Shown: positions 36,452-45,886, counted from the stretch's first letter. The stretch: DNA of 51,837 nucleotides from an uncultured Opitutus sp. (GCA_964513055.1 CAZENI010000003.1:1-51837), one strand, 5' to 3'. Made by a program: numbers and translations. Notes: a model not told the origin generated them from the sequence alone.

Positions 36452-37516
36452 TCAATCCGGCCGCGCCCGCAGTTCGCTCAGCCGCAGCGTCTGCTGGAGG
36501 CGCGGTGCGCCCGCGACGTCGACGATCTTCAGCGTGATCACCGGATCCGACGCCGCCCAATCGATGTGCAGGTGCCCGACGTTCACGTCGTGATAGGTCA
36601 CGGGCTGCGCGCGATACCGGTTCTCCGACGGCGTGCCGCGCGGGTGTTTCTCGGTCAACGCGCTCGCCGTGAGATCGTAGATCGGATAACCCAGCGGCCC
36701 GTCCATCCGCGACAGCTCGCACCAATGCCGGTCGCCGCTCAGGAACAGCACGCCGCCCGCCCGCGTCGTCCGCAGCAGATCGAGCAGGCGCTGCTTCTCG
36801 TGCGGCAGATTCGCCCACGCCTCCGCGCCCGAGAATTCCGAGACGAACTGGATGCTGCTCACGATCACGCGCAGCTCCGCCGGCGCCCTCAACTGCGCCT
36901 CGAGCCAGCGCCACTGCTCCGCGCCCAGCATCGTCGCCGACCGATCGGGATTCGGCACGTAGGCACCGCCGATCGCCTTCTGGGCCGCGGGCGCCACCTT
37001 CGTCAAGGCGCTCCGAAAATAACGCGTGTCGAGCAGGATCACCTGCACGCGCTTCCCCGCCGGTCCGAACACCCGGGCGTCGTAAACACCCTCCCGCCGC
37101 CGCCGCGGCGAATCCGCCGGCTCGTCGATCCAGCGCAGGAATTCCTCCTGCGCCTCGCGCCGACGGGGATACTCCGCCCCGGCATCGTTGGCGCCGAAAT
37201 CGTGATCGTCCCACGTCGCCAGCACCGGCACGCGCCGCCGCAGCTCGCGGAAAAAGCGGCTGGCCTTCAGCGCGTCATACTTCGCCCGCATCACGGCCAT
37301 GTCCTGCGTATCCGCATAGATGTTATCGCCCATCAGCAGGAAGACGTCCATCGGCAGCGTCAGCGCCCGGTCCAGCATCGGATGCTCCGGCACCTTGAGG
37401 CAGGAGCCGAACACCAGGTTGCTCACCACCGGTTCCGCCGCGCGCGGCGCCGGCGTCAGCGCGATCCCGGCCAGCGCCCAGCACGAGATTCGCAGCACAC
37501 GGGGGAAGTTTGGCAT
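36452..37516 (-). CDS. phoD: Alkaline phosphatase D family protein
   Basis: FGSC, MGDNIYAD, TWDDHDFG.ND, LLDTRYFR, LSGDRH. Confidence 0.92.
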   Translation of the reverse strand: MPNFPRVLRISCWALAGIALTPAPRAAEPVVSNLVFGSCLKVPEHPMLDRALTLPMDVFLLMGDNIYADTQDMAVMRAKYDALKASRFFRELRRRVPVLATWDDHDFGANDAGAEYPRRREAQEEFLRWIDEPADSPRRRREGVYDARVFGPAGKRVQVILLDTRYFRSALTKVAPAAQKAIGGAYVPNPDRSATMLGAEQWRWLEAQLRAPAELRVIVSSIQFVSEFSGAEAWANLPHEKQRLLDLLRTTRAGGVLFLSGDRHWCELSRMDGPLGYPIYDLTASALTEKHPRGTPSENRYRAQPVTYHDVNVGHLHIDWAASDPVITLKIVDVAGAPRLQQTLRLSELRARPD

Positions 37517-37570
37517 TCGTTCGAAGGGGAGCGCGGCCAGCCTGCGCGCACGCCGCTCCCCCGCCAAGCG

Positions 37571-38350
37571 TCAACCGGCGGGAGACGCCGCCGACCCTGC
37601 CCCGTCCCGCCCGGCCTCGGGCGCCGGAGCGCCGCCCGCCGCCACCGGAAAGATCCGTCGCCGCCGCGAGACCGGACGCGGCGGCAGCGGGATTCGCGCG
37701 CCCGCCGGCCGCAGCGCGTGGCGGCGGACTCCCCGGCGCGCCGAGTCGGCGGCGCAGCCGAGCTGGAACTCCTGCATGCGTTGAAACAGCCCGAGCAATT
37801 GCTCCGGCTGCGGATAGCGATCGAGGCCGGAGCGCTCGAGCGCGAGCAGCAACTCGTGCGTGGCCTCGAGCGTCGAGAGGCAACCCGGCTCCGGCTGTTT
37901 CTTGATCACAAACCGGCTCGGCGCCGCGTTGGAAAACATGATGCGCGGCAGCCGCTGCAGGCTCGGGCTCTCGCGCCACATCCGTCGCGCCAGCCGCCAC
38001 GTGGCATCCAGCAGGAACACCACGAGCCGCCGCCCCGCAAACTCCCCGCCGCCCAGTTCGCCCTTCGAGAGGTCGCGCGCGTCGCGCCCCGGATAGAGCA
38101 GCACAGGGAAGTTTCCAGGATCGCGAATCAACTCCTGCACCGCGTCGTGCGCATCGAACCCGATGCCCATGTGAATCACGCTGTCGGCGAGGCAGAGGTG
38201 CGTCAGCCGGCCGGTGTTGGCCTTCACCCGCTTGAACTCATACGGGTGCATGAGGAACACGAACTTCGTCCGCGTGGGCATGGGCGTGATCGTGCCGCAC
38301 CAGCACAGCGGCTGCGGCCAGAAACAACGGTAGCACATCGGACGGCTCAT
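37571..38350 (-). CDS. DTW-domain protein (TapT/YfiP-like aminocarboxypropyltransferase)
   Basis: ATG 38350; CYRCFWPQPLCWC, LMHPYE...NTGRL, LLYPG, LLDATW, LSTLEA. Confidence 0.92.
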   Translation of the reverse strand: MSRPMCYRCFWPQPLCWCGTITPMPTRTKFVFLMHPYEFKRVKANTGRLTHLCLADSVIHMGIGFDAHDAVQELIRDPGNFPVLLYPGRDARDLSKGELGGGEFAGRRLVVFLLDATWRLARRMWRESPSLQRLPRIMFSNAAPSRFVIKKQPEPGCLSTLEATHELLLALERSGLDRYPQPEQLLGLFQRMQEFQLGCAADSARRGVRRHALRPAGARIPLPPRPVSRRRRIFPVAAGGAPAPEAGRDGAGSAASPAG

Positions 38351-38410
38351 GGGCGGCGGACGATTGCGGCGACCCGCCGCCGTGACCAGCGGCAAAACGC
38401 GGCCGCCGCC

Positions 38411-39970
38411 TCAGCGCTCCGGCGGCGTCCGCACCAGCAAGCGGTCGTTGATCACCGCGACGCGGATGCCTCGCGCGACGGCAAACTCCACCAGGTCGCT
38501 CGTGCGATTGATGAAGCCCTTTCCCTTGAAATTGAGCGAGGTGTTGCACAGCACGCCCGTGCCGGTCTCCGCCTTGAACGCCGTGAGCAAAGCGTGCAGG
38601 CGGGGGTTTTCGTCGCGCGTCACCGTCTGCGCCCGCGCGGAACCGTCGACATGCGTCACGGCGGCGAGCCGCGGGTTTTTCACGCGCTGAAAATACAGCA
38701 TGTGCGGGCTGTCCAGATGACCGTCGAAATGCAGCGACGCCTCCTCCCGCAGGCAGACCGGCGCGACCGGACGGTAATCCTCGCGCTCCTTGATGCGGTT
38801 CAGCTCGATCTCCATCGCCTTCGCGAAGGGCGCGGCGAGCAGCGAGCGATTGCCCAGCGCGCGCGGGCCGATCTCGTAGCGGCCCTGGACCCAGGCGATC
38901 ACGTGCCCCTGCGCGAGCAGCCCCGCCACCGTGTCGAGGTGCAGCGGCGAAACCTCCCAGCCGGCCGGATCCGGGCAATCCTCGACGAACTCCTCCCCGG
39001 CATAAACCGACCACGCGATCTTCGCCTGGCCGGTCAGGAGGTATTGCGCCTCCACCGCCGTGCCGATCGCGCTGCCGCTGTCGTTGGCGCAGGGCGGGAC
39101 GAACACGTCGGCAAACAGCCCCGAGTCCCGCCAGCGCGCGTTCCATTCGCAGTTCAAGCCGCAGCCGCCGCTGATCAGCAGCGGGAGTTTCTCCTTGAGA
39201 TGCTCCGCCGCGAAATCGTGAAACCGCGCAAAGAGCCGGTTCGTGAATTTCCGCGCGAAATCCCGGAACGCCTGGCTCTCCAGTCCGATGTCGAAAAACG
39301 GCGTGCGCAGCGGAAACGCCATCTTTTCAATGGGCAGGTGGTGTTCGTTCAACTGATCCGAGCGGGCCTCCGGGTATTGGAACAGGTAATCGTCGAGCAC
39401 CCGTTCGTCCGGGGTCAGCGCGGAGTCGGTGCCAAATCCCGCCAGCGCCATGAGTTTTCCCGCCATGTCATGCGGGTGTTCGAAATTCCGGCGCGTCCGA
39501 TCCGCGATGCCGAACAGCCATGAATAGCGCATGCCGGGACACGTCAGGACGGGAAACTTTTCGATCTGCAGCCGCTCGCCGATGCGATAAAAGGCGCCGA
39601 GGCCGCCCTCCCAGACCAGCGCGTAACATGGCCGGCCCTGCTCGAAGGGCGACATCGCGTAGGTCCCGAAGAGATGGGACTTTTCATGCGTCGAGGAAAA
39701 ATACTCGACCCGCTGGCCGCAGAACTGGCGGTGCGATCGCGCCGCGGGTCCGATGCCATAGTAGCCCTGGCCGAGTCCCACCCAGCCGCCGAGCGCGATC
39801 GCATCCGGCAGCGCCGGCAGCCGCTCAAACGTTTTCCACGCCCCGGGGATCGTGAGCCAGCTGTAGCGCCGGTGTGAGTCCTTCTCTTCCTCGATCGAGA
39901 ACTCCAGTTTCCCGTCGCACAGCGAGGCCACCGTGCCGTCGTGCGCCGGCTTGAAGCCCAGGATTCTCAT
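38411..39970 (-). CDS. CmcH/NodU-family O-carbamoyltransferase (motifs intact)
   Basis: KPAHDG, THEKSH, GKLMALA, SGGCGLNCEWN, NDSGSAIG, GPRALGNRSLLA, IKEREDYRPVAP, THVDGSARAQTV, NTSLN. Confidence 0.93.
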   Translation of the reverse strand: MRILGFKPAHDGTVASLCDGKLEFSIEEEKDSHRRYSWLTIPGAWKTFERLPALPDAIALGGWVGLGQGYYGIGPAARSHRQFCGQRVEYFSSTHEKSHLFGTYAMSPFEQGRPCYALVWEGGLGAFYRIGERLQIEKFPVLTCPGMRYSWLFGIADRTRRNFEHPHDMAGKLMALAGFGTDSALTPDERVLDDYLFQYPEARSDQLNEHHLPIEKMAFPLRTPFFDIGLESQAFRDFARKFTNRLFARFHDFAAEHLKEKLPLLISGGCGLNCEWNARWRDSGLFADVFVPPCANDSGSAIGTAVEAQYLLTGQAKIAWSVYAGEEFVEDCPDPAGWEVSPLHLDTVAGLLAQGHVIAWVQGRYEIGPRALGNRSLLAAPFAKAMEIELNRIKEREDYRPVAPVCLREEASLHFDGHLDSPHMLYFQRVKNPRLAAVTHVDGSARAQTVTRDENPRLHALLTAFKAETGTGVLCNTSLNFKGKGFINRTSDLVEFAVARGIRVAVINDRLLVRTPPER

Positions 39971-41556
39971 GACGCGAGGCCGGCGCGTTCCCGGAGCAGC
40001 GCGGTGCGGACAAAGAGCCGGTCGTTGATGACCGCGACGCCGATGCCCCGCTGGGTGGCGAATTTCATCAGGTCGGTCGTGCGATTGATGAGGCCCTTGC
40101 CTTTGAAGTTAAGCGAGGCGTGGGCCAGCACGCCCGTGCCCGTCGCCGCCTGGAAGGCGGTGAGCAGGGCGTGCAGGCGGGGATTCTCCGCGGACGTGAC
40201 CGTCTGGGCCGAGGCGGTGCCGTCGACGCGCGTCACGGCGGCGAGACGCGGATTCTTCACGCGCTGAAAAAACATCCGGTGCGGGCTGTCCAGGTGGCCC
40301 TCGAAGTGCTCCGCCGCCTCCTCCCGCCGGCAGACCGGCGTGATCGCGTGGTAGTCCTCGCGGTCCTTGATGCGATTCAGCTCGCCCGCCATCGCGCGCT
40401 CAAACGGCGCCGCGAGCAGCGCACGGTTGCCCAGCGCGCGCGGCCCGATCTCGTAGCGCCCCTGCACCCAGGCGATCACGTTGCCCTGCGCCAGCAGCGT
40501 CGCCACCGTCTCCAGGTTCAACGGCGACGCCACCCAGCCCTGGACCCCCGGCCAGTCCTCGACGAACTCCTCGCCCGCGTAAACCGACCACGCGATCTTC
40601 GCCTGGCCGGTCAGGACATATTGCGCCTCGGCCGCCGTCCCGATCGCGTTCCCGCTGTCGTTCGCGCACGGCGGCACAAACACGTCGGCAAACAGCCCCG
40701 AGTCCCGCCAGCGCGCGTTCCACTCGCCATGCAAGCCGCCCCCGCCGGCGATCAGGAGCGGGAGTTTCTCAGTGAGATTTTCCGCGGCAAAAGCCTGGAA
40801 GCGCTCGAACAACTCGTCCGTGAGCCTCCGCGCGACATCCTTGAATTCCTGGGTGCGCACACCGCACCGGACAAACGGCGACCCCGGCAGCAGGCGGTCC
40901 TTTTCCGGCGCCAGCAGCTCGTCCAGTTGCTCCTTCGTCTCGCAGCGAGGATCCAGCAGTCGATCGAGCAGCCTGCGTTCCGCGGGACTGGCGGCCGACC
41001 GACGCCCGCCTCCCGCCAGGGCGAGCACTTTTTCCGCCCGCGCCCTCTCCTCCTCGCGGTCGCCCATCGGTTCCGACGAGGTGTCCGCCAGATAATGGAG
41101 GTAGCCGTAACGGCGGCCTGGCGCCGCCAGCACATCCGGAAAACGCCGGATCCTCATCTTCTCGTCGATGCGGTAGAAGGCGCCGATGTGTCGCTCGCAG
41201 ACGAGGGCATAGCAGGGCCGCCCCGCCTCGAACGGCGACAGCGCATACGCGCCAAAGAGGTGCCCTTTCTCGTGCGTCGAATGAAACCACTCCACCGTGC
41301 GCCCGAAGGCGCTGCCGGTCGCGCGGGCCGGTGGACCGAGGCCGTGGTCGCCGCCCCCGGCGGCGCGCCGGTTGCTCACCGCAAATATATCCGGCACGCC
41401 GGGGAGCCGCTCGAGACAATGCAGAAATCCGGGCAGCGACACCACGTTGCTCCGCCGTCGGGAGTCCTTTTCCTCCTCGATCGAGAATTCGAGCCTTCCG
41501 TCGCAGACGGAGACTGTCGTTCCGTCTTGACCGGGCTTGAAGGCAAGGATCCGCAT
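39967..41556 (-). CDS. CmcH/NodU-family carbamoyltransferase paralog with degenerate catalytic motifs
   Basis: Full-length and collinear with 38411-39970, with an ATGA overlap. Substituted motifs: KPGQDG, AEKVLALA, GGGGLHG, YHAITP, TRVDGTAS, HASLN. Confidence 0.88.
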   Translation of the reverse strand: MRILAFKPGQDGTTVSVCDGRLEFSIEEEKDSRRRSNVVSLPGFLHCLERLPGVPDIFAVSNRRAAGGGDHGLGPPARATGSAFGRTVEWFHSTHEKGHLFGAYALSPFEAGRPCYALVCERHIGAFYRIDEKMRIRRFPDVLAAPGRRYGYLHYLADTSSEPMGDREEERARAEKVLALAGGGRRSAASPAERRLLDRLLDPRCETKEQLDELLAPEKDRLLPGSPFVRCGVRTQEFKDVARRLTDELFERFQAFAAENLTEKLPLLIAGGGGLHGEWNARWRDSGLFADVFVPPCANDSGNAIGTAAEAQYVLTGQAKIAWSVYAGEEFVEDWPGVQGWVASPLNLETVATLLAQGNVIAWVQGRYEIGPRALGNRALLAAPFERAMAGELNRIKDREDYHAITPVCRREEAAEHFEGHLDSPHRMFFQRVKNPRLAAVTRVDGTASAQTVTSAENPRLHALLTAFQAATGTGVLAHASLNFKGKGLINRTTDLMKFATQRGIGVAVINDRLFVRTALLRERAGLAS

Positions 41557-41632
41557 TCGTCGAGTGGCAGCCGCGCATCCGAGGGGTGATCGCTAACCCG
41601 GTCAAATGAAGAAACGGCACCCCGCAGGACGA

Positions 41633-41649
41633 TGCGCCCAATGGGCGCA
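41633..41649. promoter_or_regulatory. Perfect palindrome upstream of the carbamoyltransferase pair (candidate operator)
   Basis: TGCGCCCA-A-TGGGCGCA; minus-strand TTGACC near 41600. Confidence 0.35.
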
Positions 41650-41727
41650 GGCCGAGCAGCAACCGGGCTCGGGCCGGCGCGGAATCGCAGCAACGCGTGA
41701 AGCCGGCGCGGGCCGGTGCCCGCGTCC

Positions 41728-43530
41728 TCAGCGCGTGGCGGGAGTCGGTCCGGCCGCGGGCGGCCTGCCCGCGGCCGCCAGGGCGGCGATCAACTGCTCG
41801 AACTGCGCCCGCATCGCCGGCTCGGCCGCGAGGTCCTTCGCGACCGTCAGCGTCTGCACGGCCTCCGCCCGCCGGCCTTCGCGCGCCTGGAGGAGGGCGA
41901 GCCGGTGCGCGACGCCCGGCAGCCGGCGGAACAGCGGCGCCGCCTGCACCATCAGCGCGTAATCGGATTCGGTCGCGCGGTCGCGGCAGCGCAGCAGCGC
42001 GTCACCCAAAAGCAGATACACCTCGGGCAGCAGCGGCGTCTGCGCCGCCGCCATGCGCAACGGCCCCAGCACCGGCTGCACCTGCGCCGTCGTGAAGCCG
42101 TTGCTCTCGCCCGTGTGGCGCATGAGCTCCAGCCAGCGCAACCGCGCCACCTCGAAGTGCACGCGTGGCCGCCGCACCCCGGCCGCCGCGGCGTCCTCGA
42201 GCCAGGCGCGCGCCGCCGCGGCATCGCCCGCATCGAGCTCGCACAACCCGAGCGCGGCGAGCAGCTGCGGATCGCGTTCGCCGCGGCCCACCGGCCGGCG
42301 GAGCGTCGACCGCGCCTGGTCGATGTAGCGGGGCAGATACTCCGGGTGCTTGCCGCGCACAAACGGGATCTGCAGCCGCTCCCACTCCCCGCGCAGCCGC
42401 GCGATCTGCGCCGGCGTCGCGGGCTTCAGCTCGAACCGCGGGAGCGCCGGCAGCTTGCCGGGCGGAATCTGCACCGGCTGCTTCACCGCCACGGGCAGGT
42501 AGTCGCTCAGCCGCTCCTGCAGGTCCGAGTATCCAAAACCAAAACACTCCGCGAACACCGCCTCGGTGACCGGCGCCGTGGCCGCCCGCCGGCCGAGCTG
42601 CCAGAGCGCCTCCGCCGCCGGCGCATTCGCCGGATCCAGCGCCCAGCGCACGAACAACACGCCCTGCGCCCGCCACGCCATCAGGCGGGCGGGATGCCGG
42701 TTTTCCGGCGTCGTCAGGGCGTCGGGGGCAAAGAGATCGCCCGCCGGCACCATCACCCGCCGGCTCTCCGGATCGCGCCGCAGCCCCGCCGTATCCTCCG
42801 GTGAAACCCAACGCGCCGCCTCCAGCGCGATCGGGTTTTCCGCGAATCCGGCCTGCTGGTAGAGGCCGACCAGGCTCTCGATCAGCCAGGGCGGCAGCAT
42901 CGGCGTGCGCGCGACCAGCCGCGCGTAGACGTATTCGGGCGCGGCGACCAGCCGGTCCCCCTGGAAGCCCCGTTCGCTGAGATAGGTGAACACCGCCAGC
43001 ATGTCGCGATCGTCGAGCCGCAGGTTCGGCAGGAACCGCACCGCGGTGGCGTTCGGCACCTTCAGTTCGCGCTGGTCCTCGTCGTGGCTGCGCTGCCGCG
43101 CCTGCTGCTCCAGCCGCTGCATCTCCCGGCTCGCCACGTCGTCGCTGGCCTGGCGCGACTCCATCGGCGCCAGCACCGAGACGATCGGCACCGCCATCGT
43201 CGACAGGAAGTCTGCCGGCAGGAACACGCGCAGCATTCGGCTGATCTCCAGTTGCGCCGTGATGTAGGCGCGCGTCGTCGCCGCCGAGCAGCGCGAGAGA
43301 TACTCCGCCTCGCCCACCTGCGCATAAAGCCACGGCGGCGCCTTCGACGACTCGGCGACGATCATCGGCGGCAGCTCGACCGCCGCCTCGCGCTCCACCG
43401 CGCTGGGCGGCGCCTTCGGCAGCACCAGAGCCGGGACTGCGGTGACGGCGGCCGGCGGATTCGCCGCCAGCGCCCGAGGCGCGAGGCCGGCGACAGCACC
43501 GAGGAGGAGGAGCAGGCGGGCCGCGTTCAT
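41728..43530 (-). CDS. Secreted peptidase-MA/DUF1570-like + TPR protein (zinc motif degenerate)
   Basis: ATG 43530 overlaps the upstream stop (ATGA); signal peptide, VELPPMIV, YLSRCS, PEYVY...PPWLIESL, AQGVLFVRWAL, C-terminal TPR-like helices. Confidence 0.72.
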   Translation of the reverse strand: MNAARLLLLLGAVAGLAPRALAANPPAAVTAVPALVLPKAPPSAVEREAAVELPPMIVAESSKAPPWLYAQVGEAEYLSRCSAATTRAYITAQLEISRMLRVFLPADFLSTMAVPIVSVLAPMESRQASDDVASREMQRLEQQARQRSHDEDQRELKVPNATAVRFLPNLRLDDRDMLAVFTYLSERGFQGDRLVAAPEYVYARLVARTPMLPPWLIESLVGLYQQAGFAENPIALEAARWVSPEDTAGLRRDPESRRVMVPAGDLFAPDALTTPENRHPARLMAWRAQGVLFVRWALDPANAPAAEALWQLGRRAATAPVTEAVFAECFGFGYSDLQERLSDYLPVAVKQPVQIPPGKLPALPRFELKPATPAQIARLRGEWERLQIPFVRGKHPEYLPRYIDQARSTLRRPVGRGERDPQLLAALGLCELDAGDAAAARAWLEDAAAAGVRRPRVHFEVARLRWLELMRHTGESNGFTTAQVQPVLGPLRMAAAQTPLLPEVYLLLGDALLRCRDRATESDYALMVQAAPLFRRLPGVAHRLALLQAREGRRAEAVQTLTVAKDLAAEPAMRAQFEQLIAALAAAGRPPAAGPTPATR

Positions 43531-45704
43531 TTGACCTCCCGCGTCGGGCCGACCTTCACCTTGTAGTCGTAGAGGTTCAGATTGAAGAACTCCTCGATCT
43601 GGCGGAACAGCCGCGCCTTCGCAGCCGGGATGTTCTCCGCATAGCCGCTGCCCAGCTCCACATATTCCGCCGTGCGGCCGAGCCGCTTCAGCCTGGAACG
43701 CAGCTCGGCGTTCTGCGCCTCGATCGTCCGGTCGCCTCCCGGGTCCACCACCAGCATCACCGGTTTCGTCAACTGCTCGACGTGGCGCGCGACCGATAGT
43801 CCCGACAACGACTGCTTGCCGCGCGCCAGGAACGCCCGCCGCGCTTCCTGCAGGAAATTGATCGGCGGGGCCGGCGCGCGCGGCAGCAGGCTCCCGGCGG
43901 GGTCGAGATTCACCGGGCTCTCCGCCGCCCCGGGCCCCATGTCCTCGAGGGGCGGCTCCAGCCACGCGCGCGGATCGAGCGGCGCGGTGATCGCGACCGC
44001 GCAGCGAAACGCCTCCGGCTCGAGTTGCAGGGCGCGCAGCGCGAGATAGCCGCCCAGCCCCCGCCCGACGGCGGCGATGCGCCGCCGATCGATCCCGTGG
44101 TGCCGGGCGATCCACTCGATCACCGCGAGCGCATCGTCGACCGGCACGCGATCGATGCCGTCATGCAGGGCGCTGCGGTGCTTCACGCCGAAGGCCTCGC
44201 CGCCGCGGTGATTCACCCGGGCCACCACGAAGCCCATCTCGGCAAACGCCTGCGCATCCGGATCGAAATCCGCCAGCGGCCGCCCCATCAGCCCGTCGGA
44301 GAAATCGATCAGCAGCGGCGGCGGCTGGAGCCGGGACTTGCGCGGCAGCGTGAGGTGCCCGGTCAGGTGCACCCCGCGCGGGGTGTCGAACGCGAACGTG
44401 GCGCTGGCGTGCAGGTCCGCATTGCGCAGCCACGGCGCGCGCCGGAGCAGTTCGACCAGGAGCTTTTCCGGACGTTGATACACATGATAACGGCCCGGCT
44501 CCACGCCGCCGCTGACCCGGATCAGGAACCGGCTGCGGTCGTCGCTCCACTGCAGGATCTCCACCGTGCGCTGCGGGAACTTTCCGTTCAGCTCCGCCTG
44601 CACCTGCGCCAGCTCGCCGTCGACCCAGCGCGTGAGCGGCGTGAGCCCGACCGCGCGGACGCCGGCGAGCCGCCCGGTGGACTCGTCGAACACGAGGGCC
44701 TCGCTGGCCTCGACCGGCTCGAGCCCCACGAGATCCACGTGCGGCTCCTCCATCGCCAGCTCCATCCGCTGCCGGGTGGCAAGATCGAACGCATAGACGC
44801 CGTAGGTGTCGCGGCCGACGTTCGAGGCGTAGTATAAGATATTCGGATTCACATCGAACCCGAGCGGGAAGGCGCGCTCGTCGTAGTAGTTCGCGATCGT
44901 CACCGGGAAATGCTTCGCGACCGGGCCGAAGGCCGGCTCGCCCGCCGCCACCCACCGGCTCCAGGTCCCGCCGGTGCTGACGCGGAAGGGGCGGGTGGCC
45001 GAGCGGCGCGGGTGCGCGTAAAGCAGCCGCGCGTTACCCTTCTGGTCGTAGAGGAAGCGCCCGTCATCGACCTCCTCGGTCACGGTCCGCAGCTTCCCGG
45101 TCGCGAGGTTGATGGCGAACAGCGTGGTCGGCACCGCGACGGCCGGCGGCAGCGACGGCTTGCCCAGCGCCTCCACCAGCAGGGAGCCGCGGTCGCCCCC
45201 CACGAACCCGCGGATGTTGGTCTGGCGATCGACCGTCCGGGGCGCCTCCTCGATCGGACCGTCCAGCACCGAGAAATCGTCCGCCTCGGCGAGGGTCCGG
45301 CCCTCGGTCCCGTCCCGATTGACGGCGAAGATGGGCGCGATGGTCCGGACGCCGTTGTGATACTCGGTGGGCGCAAACACGAGCAGGCGCGCGCTGGCCC
45401 AGCGGAGAAAGCGCAGCCGGGGCGGCGCGCGTTCCTTGCTGAAGGAGATCGCCCGGTCGCTCTCCACGCCGATGCGGAATTTCCGCTCGGTGCGGTTCAC
45501 CGCCATGAGGTAGATGGCGAGCTCGCCGCGGTCGTGCCGGCTGTAGGCGATGTATTCGCCATCCGGCGACAGCGCGACCTGCTCGGCCAGGAGCGGCCGG
45601 TAGAGCGCGGCCATGCGCTCCTCGAACGTGGACGCGGCCCGCGCGGGCGCCAGGGCGGAGAGCGCGAGCGCGGCGGCGGCGGCAAGCTGACGGGGGGCGA
45701 ACAT
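43527..45704 (-). CDS. S9 (prolyl oligopeptidase/acylaminoacyl peptidase) family homolog lacking catalytic Ser and His
   Basis: ATG 45704; VALSPDG propeller start, LTGHLTLP, FAEMGFVVARVNHRG, IDRRRIAAVGRGLGGY (GxSxGG with Ser replaced by Gly), ELGSGY at the GHGF position. Confidence 0.85.
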   Translation of the reverse strand: MFAPRQLAAAAALALSALAPARAASTFEERMAALYRPLLAEQVALSPDGEYIAYSRHDRGELAIYLMAVNRTERKFRIGVESDRAISFSKERAPPRLRFLRWASARLLVFAPTEYHNGVRTIAPIFAVNRDGTEGRTLAEADDFSVLDGPIEEAPRTVDRQTNIRGFVGGDRGSLLVEALGKPSLPPAVAVPTTLFAINLATGKLRTVTEEVDDGRFLYDQKGNARLLYAHPRRSATRPFRVSTGGTWSRWVAAGEPAFGPVAKHFPVTIANYYDERAFPLGFDVNPNILYYASNVGRDTYGVYAFDLATRQRMELAMEEPHVDLVGLEPVEASEALVFDESTGRLAGVRAVGLTPLTRWVDGELAQVQAELNGKFPQRTVEILQWSDDRSRFLIRVSGGVEPGRYHVYQRPEKLLVELLRRAPWLRNADLHASATFAFDTPRGVHLTGHLTLPRKSRLQPPPLLIDFSDGLMGRPLADFDPDAQAFAEMGFVVARVNHRGGEAFGVKHRSALHDGIDRVPVDDALAVIEWIARHHGIDRRRIAAVGRGLGGYLALRALQLEPEAFRCAVAITAPLDPRAWLEPPLEDMGPGAAESPVNLDPAGSLLPRAPAPPINFLQEARRAFLARGKQSLSGLSVARHVEQLTKPVMLVVDPGGDRTIEAQNAELRSRLKRLGRTAEYVELGSGYAENIPAAKARLFRQIEEFFNLNLYDYKVKVGPTREVK

Positions 45705-45886
45705 CGGCGGCGCCACGATGGGAAGAGAAAGCCGGGGACGACAACCCAAACTCACCCGTCCCGTTCCGCCGCCGCCGCCGCGCTGTCGCGACCCTGCCGG
45801 GGATGCGCCCGGCGCCGGAGTCACGCCCAGGCTCCGGCGCAATTTTCTGATTCCCGCGCCGCCCGGTTTGCCCGACGCTCTTCGCC

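Noticed and set aside
38411-41556. Cephamycin/beta-lactam biosynthetic cluster, suggested by CmcH similarity
   Set aside because: No ACV synthetase, isopenicillin N synthase, expandase or other biosynthetic core gene is in the window.
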